DNA from: the human T2T-CHM13v2.0 reference genome, Homo sapiens | Assembly: GCF_009914755.1 (NCBI RefSeq) | Contig: NC_060933.1 | Reading direction: 5' to 3' (one strand) | DNA: 64,000 bases | Part shown: piece by piece, positions 41,675 through 56,200 of the stretch | Layout of the letters: every line of letters begins with the position of its first letter | Numbering within the stretch: position 1 is the stretch's first letter | Program-made: the position numbers and the translations under genes | The notes under the pieces: model-generated | The model's database searches: none | Seen by the model: the letters and a program-made list of their open reading frames with translations, nothing else | Told to the model about the DNA's origin: nothing

Positions 41675-44600
41675 ACTCGGGTTCATTCCATTCCATTCCA
41701 TTTACTTCCATTCCATTCCATTCCATTCCATTCCATTCCATGCCATTCCACTCGCATTGATTCCATTCCCTTCCATTCCATTAGAGTTGAATCCATTCCA
41801 TTCCATTCCATTCCATTCCATTCCATTCCATTGCACACGGGTTCATTCCATTCCATTCCATTCCATTCCCTTACATTCCATTTCGTTACATTCCATTCTA
41901 TTCCGTACCATTCCATTCCATTCCATTCCGTTCCATTCCACTCCATTCCATGCCATTCCACTCGGGTATATTCCATTCCTTTTAATTCCATTCGGGTTGA
42001 ATCCATTCCATTCCATTCCATTCGATTCCATTACATTGCACTCGGGTTGATTCCATTCCATTCCATTCCATTACATTTCATTCCATTCCATTCCATTCCA
42101 TTTCATTCAATTCCATTCCATTCCATGCCATTCCACTCGTGTTGATTCCATTCCTTTCCATTCCATTACATTTTATTCCATTCCATTCCATTCCATTTCA
42201 TTCAATTCCATTCCATTCCATGCCATTCCACTCGTGTTGATTCCATTCCTTTCCATTCCATTCGAGTTGAACCCATTCCATTCCATTCCATTCCATTCCA
42301 TTCCATTCCGTTCCATTCCATTGCACGCGGGTTCATTCCATTCCATTCCGTTCCATTCCATTCCATTCCATTCCATTCCATTCCATTCCATTACATTCCA
42401 TTTCGTTCCATTCCGTTCTATTCCGTACGATTCCATTGCATTCCATTCCATTCCATTCCTTTCCATTCCATTGAATTCGAGTTGATTCCATTCCATTCCG
42501 TTCCATTCCATTCCATTCCATTCCATTCCGGATGATTCCATTCCACTGCATTCCATTCCATTAAATTCCCCTGCACTTGGAGTGATTCCTTTCCATTCTA
42601 TTCCATTCCATTCCATTCCATTCCATTCCATTCCATTCCATTCCATTCCATTTCATTGCAATCGAGTTGATTCCATTGCATTCCATTCCATTCCATTCCA
42701 GTCCTTTCCATTCCATTCCACTCGGGTTGATTCCATTCTATTCCTTTCCATTCCATTCGATTCCATTCCATTCCACTCTGGTTGATACCATTCCTTTTCA
42801 TTCCACTCGAAAACATTCCCTTCTATTCCACTCGGAATGATTCCATTCCATTCCATTCCATTCCATTCCATTCCATTCCATTCCGTTTCGTTCCATTACA
42901 TTCTATTCCGTACCATTCCACTCCATTCCATTCCATTCCATTCCATGCCATTCCTCTCGGGTTGATTCCATTCCTTTCCATTCCATTCGGGTTGAATCCA
43001 TTCCATTCCATTCCTTTCCATTCCATTCCATTCCATTGCACTCGGGTTGATTCCATTCCATTCCATTCCGTTCCATTCCGGATGACTCCATTCCATTGCA
43101 TTCCATTCCATTCCATTCCCCTGCACTCGGTTTCATTACATTCCATTCCATTCACTTCCATTCCATTCCATTCCATTCCATTCCATTCCATTCCATTTCG
43201 TTCCCTTCCATTCTATTCCGTACCATTCCATTCCATTCCATTCCATTCCATTCCATTCCATTCCATTCCATTTCCTTCCATTCCATTCCATTCCATTCCA
43301 TTCCATTCCATTCCATTTCCTTCCATTCCATTCCATTCCATTCCATTCCATTCCATTCTATTAGGGTTAATTCCATTCCATTCCATTCCATTCCATTCCG
43401 TTCCATGCCATTCCACTCGGGTTGATTCCATTTCTTTCCATTCCATTCGAGTTGAATCCATTCCATTCCATTCTATTCCATTCCATTCCTTTCCATTCCA
43501 TTCAATTCCATTCTATTCCGGTTAATTCCATTCCATTCCATTCCATTCCATTCCATTTCATTGCAATCGGGTTGATTCCATTGCATTCCATTCCATTCCA
43601 TTCCAGTCCTTTCCATTCCATTCCACTCGGGTTGATTCCAATCTATTCCTTTCCATTCCATTCGATTGCATTCCATTCCACTCGATTCCATTCCATTCCA
43701 CTCTGGTTGATTCCATTCCTTTTCATTCCACTCGAAAACATTCCCTTCTATTCCACTCGGAATGATTCCATTCCATTCCATTCCATTCCATTCCATTTCG
43801 TTCCATTACATTCTATTCTGTACCATTCCACTCCATTCCATTCCATTCCATTCCATGCCATTGCTCTCGGGTTGATTCCATTCCTTTCCATTCCATTCGG
43901 GTTGAGTCCATTCCATTCCATTCCTTTCCATTCCATTCCATTCCATTGCACTCGGGTTGATTCCATTCCATTCCATTCCGTTCCATTCCGGATGACTCCA
44001 TTCCATTGCATTCCATTCCATTCCATTCCCCTGCACTCGGTTTCATTACATTCCATTCCATTCACTTCCATTCCATTCCATTCCATTCCATTCCATTCCA
44101 TTCCATTCCATTCCATTCCAATCGAGTTGATTCCATTCCATTCCATTCCATTCCATTCAATTCCGAATGATGTCATTCCATTGCCTTCCATTCCATTCCA
44201 TTCCCCTGCACTCGGGTTGATTCCATTCCATTCCATTCCATCCCATTCCATTCCATTCCATTCCATTTCGTTCCATTCCTTTCTATTCCGTACCATTCCA
44301 TTCCATTCCATTCCATTCCATTCCATTCCATTCCATTTCCTTCCATTCCATTCCATTCCATTCCATTCCATTCCATTCCATTCTATTAGGGTTAATTCCA
44401 TTCCATTCCATTCCATTCCATGCCATTCCACTCGGGTTGATTCCATTCCTTTCCATTCCATTCGAGTTGAATCCATTCCATTCCATTCCATTCCATTCCA
44501 TTCCATTCCATTGCACACGGGTTCATTTCATTCCATTCCATTCCATTCCATTTCGTTCCATTCCATTCTATTCCATACCATTCCATTCCATTCCATTCCA

Positions 44601-47022
44601 TTAGACTCCATTCCATGCCATTCCACTCGGTTTTATTCCATTCGTTTCCATTCCATTCGGGTTGAATCCATTGCATTCCATTCCATTCGATTCCATTACA
44701 TTGCACTCGTGTTGTTTCCATTCCATTCCATTCCATTCCATTCCATTCCATGCCATTCCACTCGGGTTGATTTCATTACATTCCGTTCCATTCGAGTCGA
44801 ACCCATTCCATTCCATTCCATTCCATTCCATTCCAATCCATTGCACACGTGTTCACTCCATTCCATTCCATTCCATTCCATTCCATTCCATTTCGTTCCA
44901 TTCCATTCTATTCGGTACCATTCCATTCCATTCCATTCGGTACCATTCCATTCCATTCCAATCCATTCCATTCCATGCCATTCCACTTGGGTTGATTCCC
45001 TTCCTTTCCATTCCATTCGGGTTGAATCCATTCCATTCCATTCCATTCCATTCCATTCCATTCCATTCCTTTCAATACCATTGCACACGGGTTGGTTCCA
45101 TTCCATTCCTTTCCGTTCCATTCCGGATGACTCCATTTCATTGCATTCCATTCCATTCCATTCCCCTGCACTCGGGTTCATTACCTTCCATTCCATTTAC
45201 TTCCATTCCATTCCATTCCATTCTATTCGGGTTAATTCCATTCCATTCCATTCCATTCCATTCCATTCCATTCCATTCCATTCCATTCCATTGCAATCGA
45301 GTTGATTCCATTCCATTCCATTCAATTCCGGATAATTCCATTCCATTGCCTTCAATTCCATTCCATTCCCCTGCACTCGGGTTGATTCCATTCCATTCCA
45401 TTCCATTCCATTCCATTCCATTTCATTCCATTCCATTTCGTTCCTTTCCATTCTATTCCGTACCATTCCATTCCATTCCATTCCATTCCATTCCATTCCT
45501 TGCCATTCCACTCGTGTTGATTCCATTCCTTTCCATTCCATTCGAGTTGAATCCATTCCAATCCATTCCATTCCATTCGATTCCATTCCATTGCACACGG
45601 GTTCATTCCATTCCATTCCATTCCATTCCATTCCATTCCATTCCATTCCATTTCGTTCCATTCCATTCTATTCCGTACCATTCCATTCCATTCCATTCCA
45701 TTCCATTCCACTCCACTTCATGCCATTCCACTCGGGATTATTCCATTCCTTTCCATTCCATTCGGGTTGAATCCATTCCATTCCATTCCATTCCATTCGA
45801 TTCCATTACATTGCACTCGGGTTGATTCCATTCCATTCCATTCCATTCCATTCCACTCCATTCCATGCCATTCCACGCGGGTTTATTCCATTCCTTTCCA
45901 TTCCATTCGTGTTGAATCCATTCCATTCCATTCCATTCCATTCGATTCCATTACACTGCACTCGTGTTGATTCCATTCCATTCCACTCCATACCATTCCA
46001 TTCCATTCCATTGCATTCCATTCCGTTCCATTCCGTTCCATTCCATTCCATTCCATTCTATTCGGGTTAATTCCATTCCATTCCATTCCATTCCATTCTA
46101 TTCCATTCCATTGCAATCGAGTTGAATCCATTGCATTTCATGCCATTCCATTCCATTCCATTCCATTCCGGAAGATTCCATTCCATTGCATTCCATTCCA
46201 TTCCATTCCCCTGCACTCGCGTTGATTCCATTCCATTCCATTCCATTCCATTCCATTCCATTCCATTCCGTTCCATTCCGTTCCGTTCCATTCCATTCTA
46301 TTCCATTCCATTCCATTCCATTCCTTTCCGTTCCATTCCATTCCATTCCATTCCATTCTATTTGGGTTAATTCCATTCCATTCCATTCGACTGCAATCGA
46401 GTTGATTCCATTCCATTCCATTCCATTCCATTCCATTCCATTCCATTCCTTTCCATTACATTACGGATGATTCCATTCCATTGCATTCCATTCCATTCCA
46501 TTCCCCTGTACTCGGGTTGATTCCATTCCATTCCATTCCAATCCATGCCATTCCACTCGTATTGATTCCATTCTTTCCATTCCATTCAAGTTGAATCCAT
46601 TCCATTGCATTCCATTACATTCGATTCCATTCGATTGCACTCGGGTTGATTCCATTCCATTGTATTCCATTCCATTCCATTCCATTCCATTCCATTCCAT
46701 TCCATTCCGTTCCATTCCATTCCATTACATTCGGATTGATTCTATTCAATTCCCTTACACTCCATTACATTCCATTCCATTCGGGTAGTTTCCACTCCAT
46801 TCCTCTCCATTCCATTGCACTCGGGTTGATTCCATTCCATTGCATTCCATTCCATACCATTCAATTCCATTCCGTTCCATTCCATTCCATTACATTCGGA
46901 TTGATTCTATTCAACTCCCTTACTCTCCATTACATTCGATTGCATTCGTGTTGTTCAATTCCATTCCATTCCATTCCACTCCATTCCATTGCACTCGGGT
47001 TGATTCCATTCCATTCCATTCC
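40965..47022 (+). repeat. Right-domain ~6.2 kb higher-order repeat, copy A (6058 bp)
   Basis: Unit markers CTCAGGTTGA (41081), CTAGGTTTGA (41591), CTTGGAGTGA (~42576), CCGAATGATGTC (44163), GAGTCGAACCC (44794), GGGATTATT (45734) recur once per unit. Confidence 0.9.
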
Positions 47023-50000
47023 ATTCCGGAAGATTCCATTCCATTGCATTCCATTACATTCCATTCCCCTGCACTCGCGTTGATTCCATTCCATTCCATT
47101 CCATTCCATTGCATTCCATTGCATTCCATTCCCCTGCACTCAGGTTGATTCCATTCCATTCCATTCCATTCCATTCCATTCCATTCCATTCCATTCCATT
47201 CTATTCGCGTTAATTCCATTCCACTCCATTCCATTACATTCCATTGCAATCGACTTGATTCCATTCCATTCCATTCCATTCCATTCAAGTCCTTTCCATT
47301 CCATTCCACTCGTGTTGATTCCATTTTATTAGTTTCCATTCCATTCCATTCCCTTCCATTCCACTCTGGTTGATTCCATTCCTTTCCATTCCACTCGAAT
47401 TCATTCCCTTCTATTCCACTCGGAATGATTCCATTCTATTCCGTTCCATTCCATTCCATTTCGTTCCATTCCATTTTATTCCGTACCATTCCATTCCATT
47501 CCATTCCATTCCATTCCATTACATTCCATTCCATTCCATTCCATGCCATTCCACTCGGGTTGATTCCATTGCTTTCCATTCCATTTGGGTTGAATCCATT
47601 CCATTCCATTCCATTCCATTCCATTCCATTCCATTCAATTGCACTAGGTTTGATTCCATTCCACTGCATTCCATTCCATTCCATTCAATTCCATTCCATT
47701 CCATTCCATTCCATTCCATTCCATTCCCCTGCACTCGGGTTCATTCCATTCCATTCCATTTACTTCCATTCCATTCCATTCCATTCCATTCCATGCCATT
47801 CCACTCGCGTTGATTCCATTCCCTTCCATTCCATTAGAGTTGAATCCATTCCATTCCATTCCATTCCATTCCATTCCATTCCATTGCACACGGGTTCATT
47901 CCATTCCATTCCATTCCATTCCCTTACATTCCATTTCGTTACATTCCATTCTATTCCGTACCATTCCATTCCATTCCATTCCATTCCATTCCACTCCATT
48001 CCATGCCATTCCACTCGGGTATATTCCATTCCTTTTAATTCCATTCGGGTTGAATCCATTCCATTCCATTCCATTCGATTCCATTACATTGCACTCGGGT
48101 TGATTCCATTCCATTCCATTCCATTACATTTCATTCCATTCCATTCCATTCCATTTCATTCAATTCCATTCCATTCCATGCCATTCCACTCGTGTTGATT
48201 CCATTCCTTTCCATTCCATTACATTTCATTCCATTCCATTCCATTCCATTTCATTCAATTCCATTCCATTCCATGCCATTCCACTCGTGTTGATTCCATT
48301 CCTTTCCATTCCATTCGAGTTGAACCCATTCCATTCCATTCCATTCCATTCCATTCCATTCCATTCCATTCCATTCCGTTCCATTCCATTGCACGCGGGT
48401 TCATTCCATTCCATTCCGTTCCATTCCATTCCATTCCATTCCAGTCCATTCCATTACATTCCATTTCGTTCCATTCCATTCTATTCCGTACGATTCCATT
48501 GCATTCCATTCCATTCCATTCCTTTCCATTCCATTGAATTCGAGTTGATTCCATTCCATTCCGTTCCATTCCATTCCATTCCATTCCATTCCGGATGATT
48601 CCATTCCACTGCATTCCATTCCATTAAATTCCCCTGCACTTGGAGTGATTCCTTTCCATTCTATTCCATTCCATTCCATTCCATTCCATTCCATTCCATT
48701 CCATTCCATTCCATTTCATTGCAATCGAGTTGATTCCATTGCATTCCATTCCATTCCATTCCAGTCCTTTCCATTCCATTCCACTCGTGTTGATTCCATT
48801 CTATTCCTTTCCATTCCATTCGATTCCATTCCATTCCACTCTGGTTGATACCATTCCTTTTCATTCCACTCGAAAACATTCCCTTCTATTCCACTCGGAA
48901 TGATTCCATTCCATTCCATTCCATTCCATTCCATTCCATTCCGTTTCGTTCCATTACATTCTATTCCGTACCATTCCACTCCATTCCATTCCATTCCATT
49001 CCATGCCATTCCTCTCGGGTTGATTCCATTCCTTTCCATTCCATTCGGGTTGAATCCATTGCATTCCATTCCTTTCCATTCCATTCCATTCCATTGCACT
49101 CGGGTTGATTCCATTCCATTCCATTCCGTTCCATTCCGGATGACTCCATTCCATTGCATTCCATTCCATTCCATTCCCCTGCACTCGGTTTCATTACATT
49201 CCATTCCATTCACTTCCATTCCATTCCATTCCATTCCATTCCATTCCATTCCATTCCATTTCGTTCCATTCCATTCTATTCCGTACCATTCCATTCCATT
49301 CCATTCCATTCCATTCCATTCCATTCCATTCCATTTCCTTCCATTCCATTCCATTCCATTCCATTCCATTCCATTCCATTTCCTTCCATTCCATTCCATT
49401 CCATTCCATTCCATTCCATTCATTTCCTTCCATTCCATTCCATTCCATTCCATTCCATTCCATTCCATTCCATTCCATTCCATTTCCTTCCATTCCATTC
49501 CATTCCATTCCATTCCATTCCATTCCATTCTATTAGGGTTAATTCCATTCCATTCCATTCCATTCCATTCCGTTCCATGCCATTCCACTCGGGTTGATTC
49601 CATTCCTTTCCATTCCATTCGAGTTGGATCCATTCCATTCCATTCTATTCCATTCCATTCCTTTCCATTCCATTCAATTCCATTCTATTCCGGTTAATTC
49701 CATTCCATTCCATTCCATTCCATTCCATTTCATTGCAATCGAGTTGATTCCATTGCATTCCATTCCATTCCATTCCAGTCCTTTCCATTCCATTCCACTC
49801 GGGTTGATTCCATTCTATTCCTTTCCATTCCATTCGATTGCATTCCATTCCACTCGATTCCATTCCATTCCACTCTGGTTGATTCCATTCCTTTTCATTC
49901 CACTCGAAAACATTCCCTTCTATTCCACTCGGAATGATTCCATTCCATTCCATTCCATTCCATTCCATTCCATTTTGTTCCATTACATTCTATTCTGTAC

Positions 50001-53000
50001 CATTCCACTCCATTCCATTCCATTCCATTCCATGCCATTCCTCTCGGGTTGATTCCATTCCTTTCCATTCCATTCGGGTTGAGTCCATTCCATTCCATTC
50101 CTTTCCATTCCATTCCATTCCATTGCACTCGGGTTGATTCCATTCCATTCCATTCCGTTCCATTCCGGATGACTCCATTCCATTGCATTCCATTCCATTC
50201 CATTCCCCTGCACTCGGTTTCATTACATTCCATTCCATTCACTTCCATTCCATTCCATTCTATTCCATTCCATTCCATTCCATTCCAATCGAGTTGATTC
50301 CATTCCATTCCATTCCATTCCATTCAATTCCGAATGATGTCATTCCATTGCCTTCCATTCCATTCCATTCCCCTGCACTCGGGTTGATTCCATTCCATTC
50401 CATTCCATCCCATTCCATTCCATTCCATTCCATTTCGTTCCATTCCATTCTATTCCGTACCATTCCATTCCATTCCATTCCATTCCATTCCATTCCATTC
50501 CATTCCATTCCATTTCCTTCCATTCCATTCCATTCCATTCCATTCCATTCCATTCCATTCCATTCTATTAGGGTTAATTCCATTCCATTCCATTCCATTC
50601 CATGCCATTCCACTCGGGTTGATTCCATTCCTTTCCATTCCATTCGAGTTGAATCCATTCCATTCCATTCCATTCCATTCCATTCCATTGCACACGGGTT
50701 CATTTCATTCCATTCTATTCCATTCCATTTCGTTCCATTCCATTCTATTCCATACCATTCCATTCCATTCCATTCCATTAGACTCCATTCCATGCCATTC
50801 CACTCGGTTTTATTCCATTCGTTTCCATTCCATTCGGGTTGAATCCATTGCATTCCATTCCATTCGATTCCATTACATTGCACTCGTGTTGTTTCCATTC
50901 CATTCCATTCCATTCCATTCCATTCCATGCCATTCCACTCGGGTTGATTTCATTACATTCCGTTCCATTCGAGTCGAACCCATTCCATTCCATTCCATTC
51001 CATTCCATTCCATTCCAATCCATTGCACACGTGTTCACTCCATTCCATTCCATTCCATTCCATTCCATTCCATTCCATTTCGTTCCATTCCATTCTATTC
51101 GGTACCATTCCATTCCATTCCATTCGGTACCATTCCATTCCATTCCAATCCATTCCATTCCATGCCATTCCACTTGGGTTGATTCCCTTCCTTTCCATTC
51201 CATTCGGGTTGAATCCATTCCATTCCATTCCATTCCATTCCATTCCATTCCATTCCATTCCTTTCAATTCCATTGCACACGGGTTGGTTCCATTCCATTC
51301 CTTTCCGTTCCATTCCGGATGACTCCATTTCATTGCATTCCATTCCATTCCATTCCCCTGCACTCGGGTTCATTACCTTCCATTCCATTTACTTCCATTC
51401 CATTCCATTCCATTCTATTCGGGTTAATTCCATTCCATTCCATTCCATTCCATTCCATTCCATTCCATTCCATTCCATTCCATTCCATTGCAATCGAGTT
51501 GATTCCATTCCATTCCATTCAATTCCGGATGATTCCATTCCATTGCCTTCAATTCCATTCCATTCCCCTGCACTCGGGTTGATTCCATTCCATTCCATTC
51601 CATTCCATTCCATTCCATTTCATTCCATTCCATTTCGTTCCTTTCCATTCTATTCCGTACCATTCCATTCCATTCCATTCCATTCCATTCCATTCCATTC
51701 CATGCCATTCCACTCGGGTTGATTCCATTCCTTTCCATTCCATTCGAGTTGAATCCATTCCAATCCATTCCATTCCATTCGATTCCATTCCATTGCACAC
51801 GGGTTCATTCCATTCTATTCCATTCCATTCCATTCCATTCCATTTCGTTCCATTCCATTCTATTCCGTACCATTCCATTCCATTCCATTCCATTCCATTC
51901 CACTCCACTTCATGCCATTCCACTCGGGATTATTCCATTCCTTTCCATTCCATTCGGGTTGAATCCATTCCATTCCATTCCATTCCATTCGATTCCATTA
52001 CATTGCACTCGGGTTGATTCCATTCCATTCCATTCCATTCCATTCCACTCCATTCCATGCCATTCCACGCGGGTTTATTCCATTCCTTTCCATTCCATTC
52101 GTGTTGAATCCATTCCATTCCATTCCATTCCATTCGATTCCATTACACTGCACTCGTGTTGATTCCATTCCATTCCACTCCATACCATTCCATTCCATTC
52201 CATTCCATTCCATTCCATTCCGTTCCATTCCGTTCCATTCCATTCCATTCCATTCTATTCGGGTTAATTCCATTCCATTCCATTCCATTCCATTCTATTA
52301 CATTCCATTGCAATCGAGTTGAATCCATTGCATTTCATGCCATTCCATTCCATTCCATTCCATTCCGGAAGATTCCATTCCATTGCATTCCATTCCATTC
52401 CATTCCCCTGCACTCGCGTTGATTCCATTCCATTCCATTCCATTCCATTCCATTCCATTCCATTCCGTTCCATTCCGTTCCGTTCCATTCCATTCTATTC
52501 CATTCCATTCCATTCCATTCCTTTCCGTTCCATTCCATTCCATTCCATTCCATTCTATTTGGGTTAATTCCATTCCATTCCATTCGACTGCAATCGAGTT
52601 GATTCCATTCCATTCCATTCCATTCCATTCCATTCCATTCCATTCCTTTCCATTACATTACGGATGATTCCATTCCATTGCATTCCATTCCATTCCATTC
52701 CCCTGTACTCGGGTTGATTCCATTCCATTCCATTCCAATCCATGCCATTCCACTCGTATTGATTCCATTCTTTCCTTTCCATTCAAGTTGAATCCATTCC
52801 ATTGCATTCCATTACATTCGATTCCATTCGATTGCACTCGGGTTGATTCCATTCCATTGTATTCCATTCCATTCCATTCCATTCCATTCCATTCCATTCC
52901 ATTCCGTTCCATTCCATTCCATTACATTCGGATTGATTCTATTCAATTCCCTTACACTCCATTACATTCCATTCCATTCGGGTAGTTTCCATTCCATTCC

Positions 53001-53219
53001 TCTCCATTCCATTGCACTCGGGTTGATTCCATTCCATTGCATTCCATTCCATACCATTCAATTCCATTCCGTTCCATTCCATTCCATTACATTCGGATTG
53101 ATTCTATTCAACTCCCTTACTCTCCATTACATTCGATTGCATTCGGGTTGTTCAATTCCATTCCATTCCATTCCACTCCATTCCATTGCACTCGGGTTGA
53201 TTCCATTCCATTCCATTCC
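47023..53219 (+). repeat. ~6.2 kb higher-order repeat, copy B (6197 bp)
   Basis: ORF pairs 41757/47810, 42782/48845, 46122/52319, 46646/52843. Same marker order as copy A. Confidence 0.9.
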
Positions 53220-56200
53220 ATTCCGGAAGATTCCATTCCATTGCATTCCATTACATTCCATTCCCCTGCACTCGCGTTGATTCCATTCCATTCCATTCCA
53301 TTCCATTGCATTCCATTGCATTCCATTCCCCTGCACTCAGGTTGATTCCATTCCATTCCATTCCATTCCATTCCATTCCATTCCATTCTATTCGCGTTAA
53401 TTCCATTCCACTCCATTCCATTACATTCCATTGCAATCGACTTGATTCCATTCCATTCCATTCCATTCCATTCAAGTCCTTTCCATTCCATTCCACTCGT
53501 GTTGATTCCATTTTATTAGTTTCCATTCCATTCCATTCCCTTCCATTCCACTCTGGTTGATTCCATTCCTTTCCATTCCACTCGAATTCATTCCCTTCTA
53601 TTCCACTCGGAATGATTCCTTTCTATTCCGTTCCATTCCATTCCATTTCGTTCCATTCCATTTTATTCCGTACCATTCCATTCCATTCCATTCCATTCCA
53701 TTCCATTACATTCCATTCCATTCCATTCCATGCCATTCCACTCGGGTTGATTCCATTGCTTTCCATTCCATTTGGGTTGAATCCATTCCATTCCATTCCA
53801 TTCCATTCCATTCCATTCCATTCAATTGCACTAGGTTTGATTCCATTCCACTGCATTCCATTCCATTCCATTCAATTCCATTCCATTCCATTCCATTCCA
53901 TTCCATTCCCTTCCATTCCATTCCCCTGCACTCGGGTTCATTCCATTCCATTCCATTTACTTCCATTCCATTCCATTCCATTCCATTCCATTCCATGCCA
54001 TTCCACTCGCGTTGATTCCATTCCCTTCCATTCCATTAGAGTTGAATCCATTCCATTCCATTCCATTCCATTCCATTCCATTCCATTGCACACGGGTTCA
54101 TTCCATTCCATTCCATTCCATTCCCTTACATTCCATTTCGTTACATTCCATTCTATTCCGTACCATTCCATTCCATTCCATTCCATTCCATTCCACTCCA
54201 TTCCATGCCATTCCACTCGGGTATATTCCATTCCTTTTAATTCCATTCGGGTTGAATCCATTCCATTCCATTCCATTCGATTCCATTACATTGCACTCGG
54301 GTTGATTCCATTCCATTCCATTCCATTACATTTCATTCCATTCCATTCCATTCCATTTCATTCAATTCCATTCCATTCCATGCCATTCCACTCGTGTTGA
54401 TTCCATTCCTTTCCATTCCATTACATTTCATTCCATTCCATTCCATTCCATTTCATTCAATTCCATTCCATTCCATGCCATTCCACTCGTGTTGATTCCA
54501 TTCCTTTCCATTCCATTCGAGTTGAACCCATTCCATTCCATTCCATTCCATTCCATTCCATTCCATTCCGTTCCATTCCATTGCACGCGGGTTCATTCCA
54601 TTTCATTCCGTTCCATTCCATTCCATTCCATTCCATTCCATTCCATTACATTCCATTTCGTTCCATTCCATTCTATTCCGTACGATTCCATTGCATTCCA
54701 TTCCATTCCATTCCTTTCCATTCCATTGAATTCGAGTTGATTCCATTCCATTCCGTTCCATTCCATTCCATTCCGGATGATTCCATTCCACTGCATTCCA
54801 TTCCATTAAATTCCCCTGCACTTGGAGTGATTCCTTTCCATTCTATTCCATTCCATTCCATTCCATTCCATTCCATTTCATTGCAATCGAGTTGATTCCA
54901 TTGCATTCCATTCCATTCCATTCCAGTCCTTTCCATTCCATTCCACTCGGGTTGATTCCATTCTATTCCTTTCCATTCCATTCGATTCCATTCCATTCCA
55001 CTCTGGTTGATACCATTCCTTTTCATTCCACTCGAAAACATTCCCTTCTATTCCACTCGGAATGATTCCATTGCATTCCATTCCATTCCATTCCATTCCA
55101 TTCCATTCCATTCCGTTTCGTTCCATTACATTCTATTCCGTACCATTCCACTCCATTCCATTCCATTCCATTCCATGCCATTCCTCTCGGGTTGATTCCA
55201 TTCCTTTCCATTCCATTCGGGTTGAATCCATTCCATTCCATTCCTTTCCATTCCATTCCATTCCATTGCACTCGGGTTGATTCCATTCCATTCCATTCCG
55301 TTCCATTCCGGATGACTCCATTCCATTGCATTCCATTCCATTCCATTCCCCTGCACTCGGTTTCATTACATTCCATTCCATTCACTTCCATTCCATTCCA
55401 TTCCATTCCATTCCATTCCATTCCATTTCGTTCCATTCCATTCTATTCCGTACCATTCCATTCCATTCCATTCCATTCCATTGCATTCCATTCCATTCCA
55501 TTCCATTCCATTCCATGCCATTCCACTCGGGTTGATTCCATTGCTTTCCATTCCATTTGGGTTGAATCCATTCCCCTGCAGTCGGGTTGTTTCCATTCCA
55601 TTCCATTCCATTCCATTCCATTCCATTCCATTCCGTTCCGTTCCATTCCATTCCATTCCATTCTATTCGGGTTAATTCCATTCCATTCCATTCCATTCCA
55701 TTCCATTCCATTCCATTCCAATCGAGTTGATTCCATTCCATTCCATTCCATTCCATTCCACTCCATTCCAGTCCTTTCCATTCCATTCCACTCGGGTTGA
55801 TTCCAATGTATTCCTTTCCATTCCATTCCATTCCATTGCAATCGAGTTGATTCCATTGCTTTGCATTCCATTCCATTCCATTCCATTCCATTGCATTCCA
55901 TTCCATTGCATTCCATTCCATTCCATTCCCCTGCACTCGGGTTGATTCCATTCCATTCCATTCCATTCCGTTCCATTCCATTCCATTCCGTTGTATTCGG
56001 GTTAATTCCATTCCATTCCATTCCATTCCATTCCATTCCATTCCATCACAATCGAGTTGGTTCCATTCCATTCCATTCCATTCCATTCCATTCCATTCCA
56101 TTCCGGATGATTCCATTCCATTACATTGCGTTCCATTACATTCCCCTGCACTCGGGTTGATTCCATTCCATTCCATTCCATTCCATTCGATTCCATTCCA

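Noticed and set aside
43422-45305. Longest ORF (627 aa, + strand, poly-IPFHS)
   Set aside because: Pure CATTC has no stop in any frame, so length only reflects where TGA/TAA-bearing decamers fall. The start is a TTG, there is no domain-like content, and the ORF is broken in the paralogous HOR copies.
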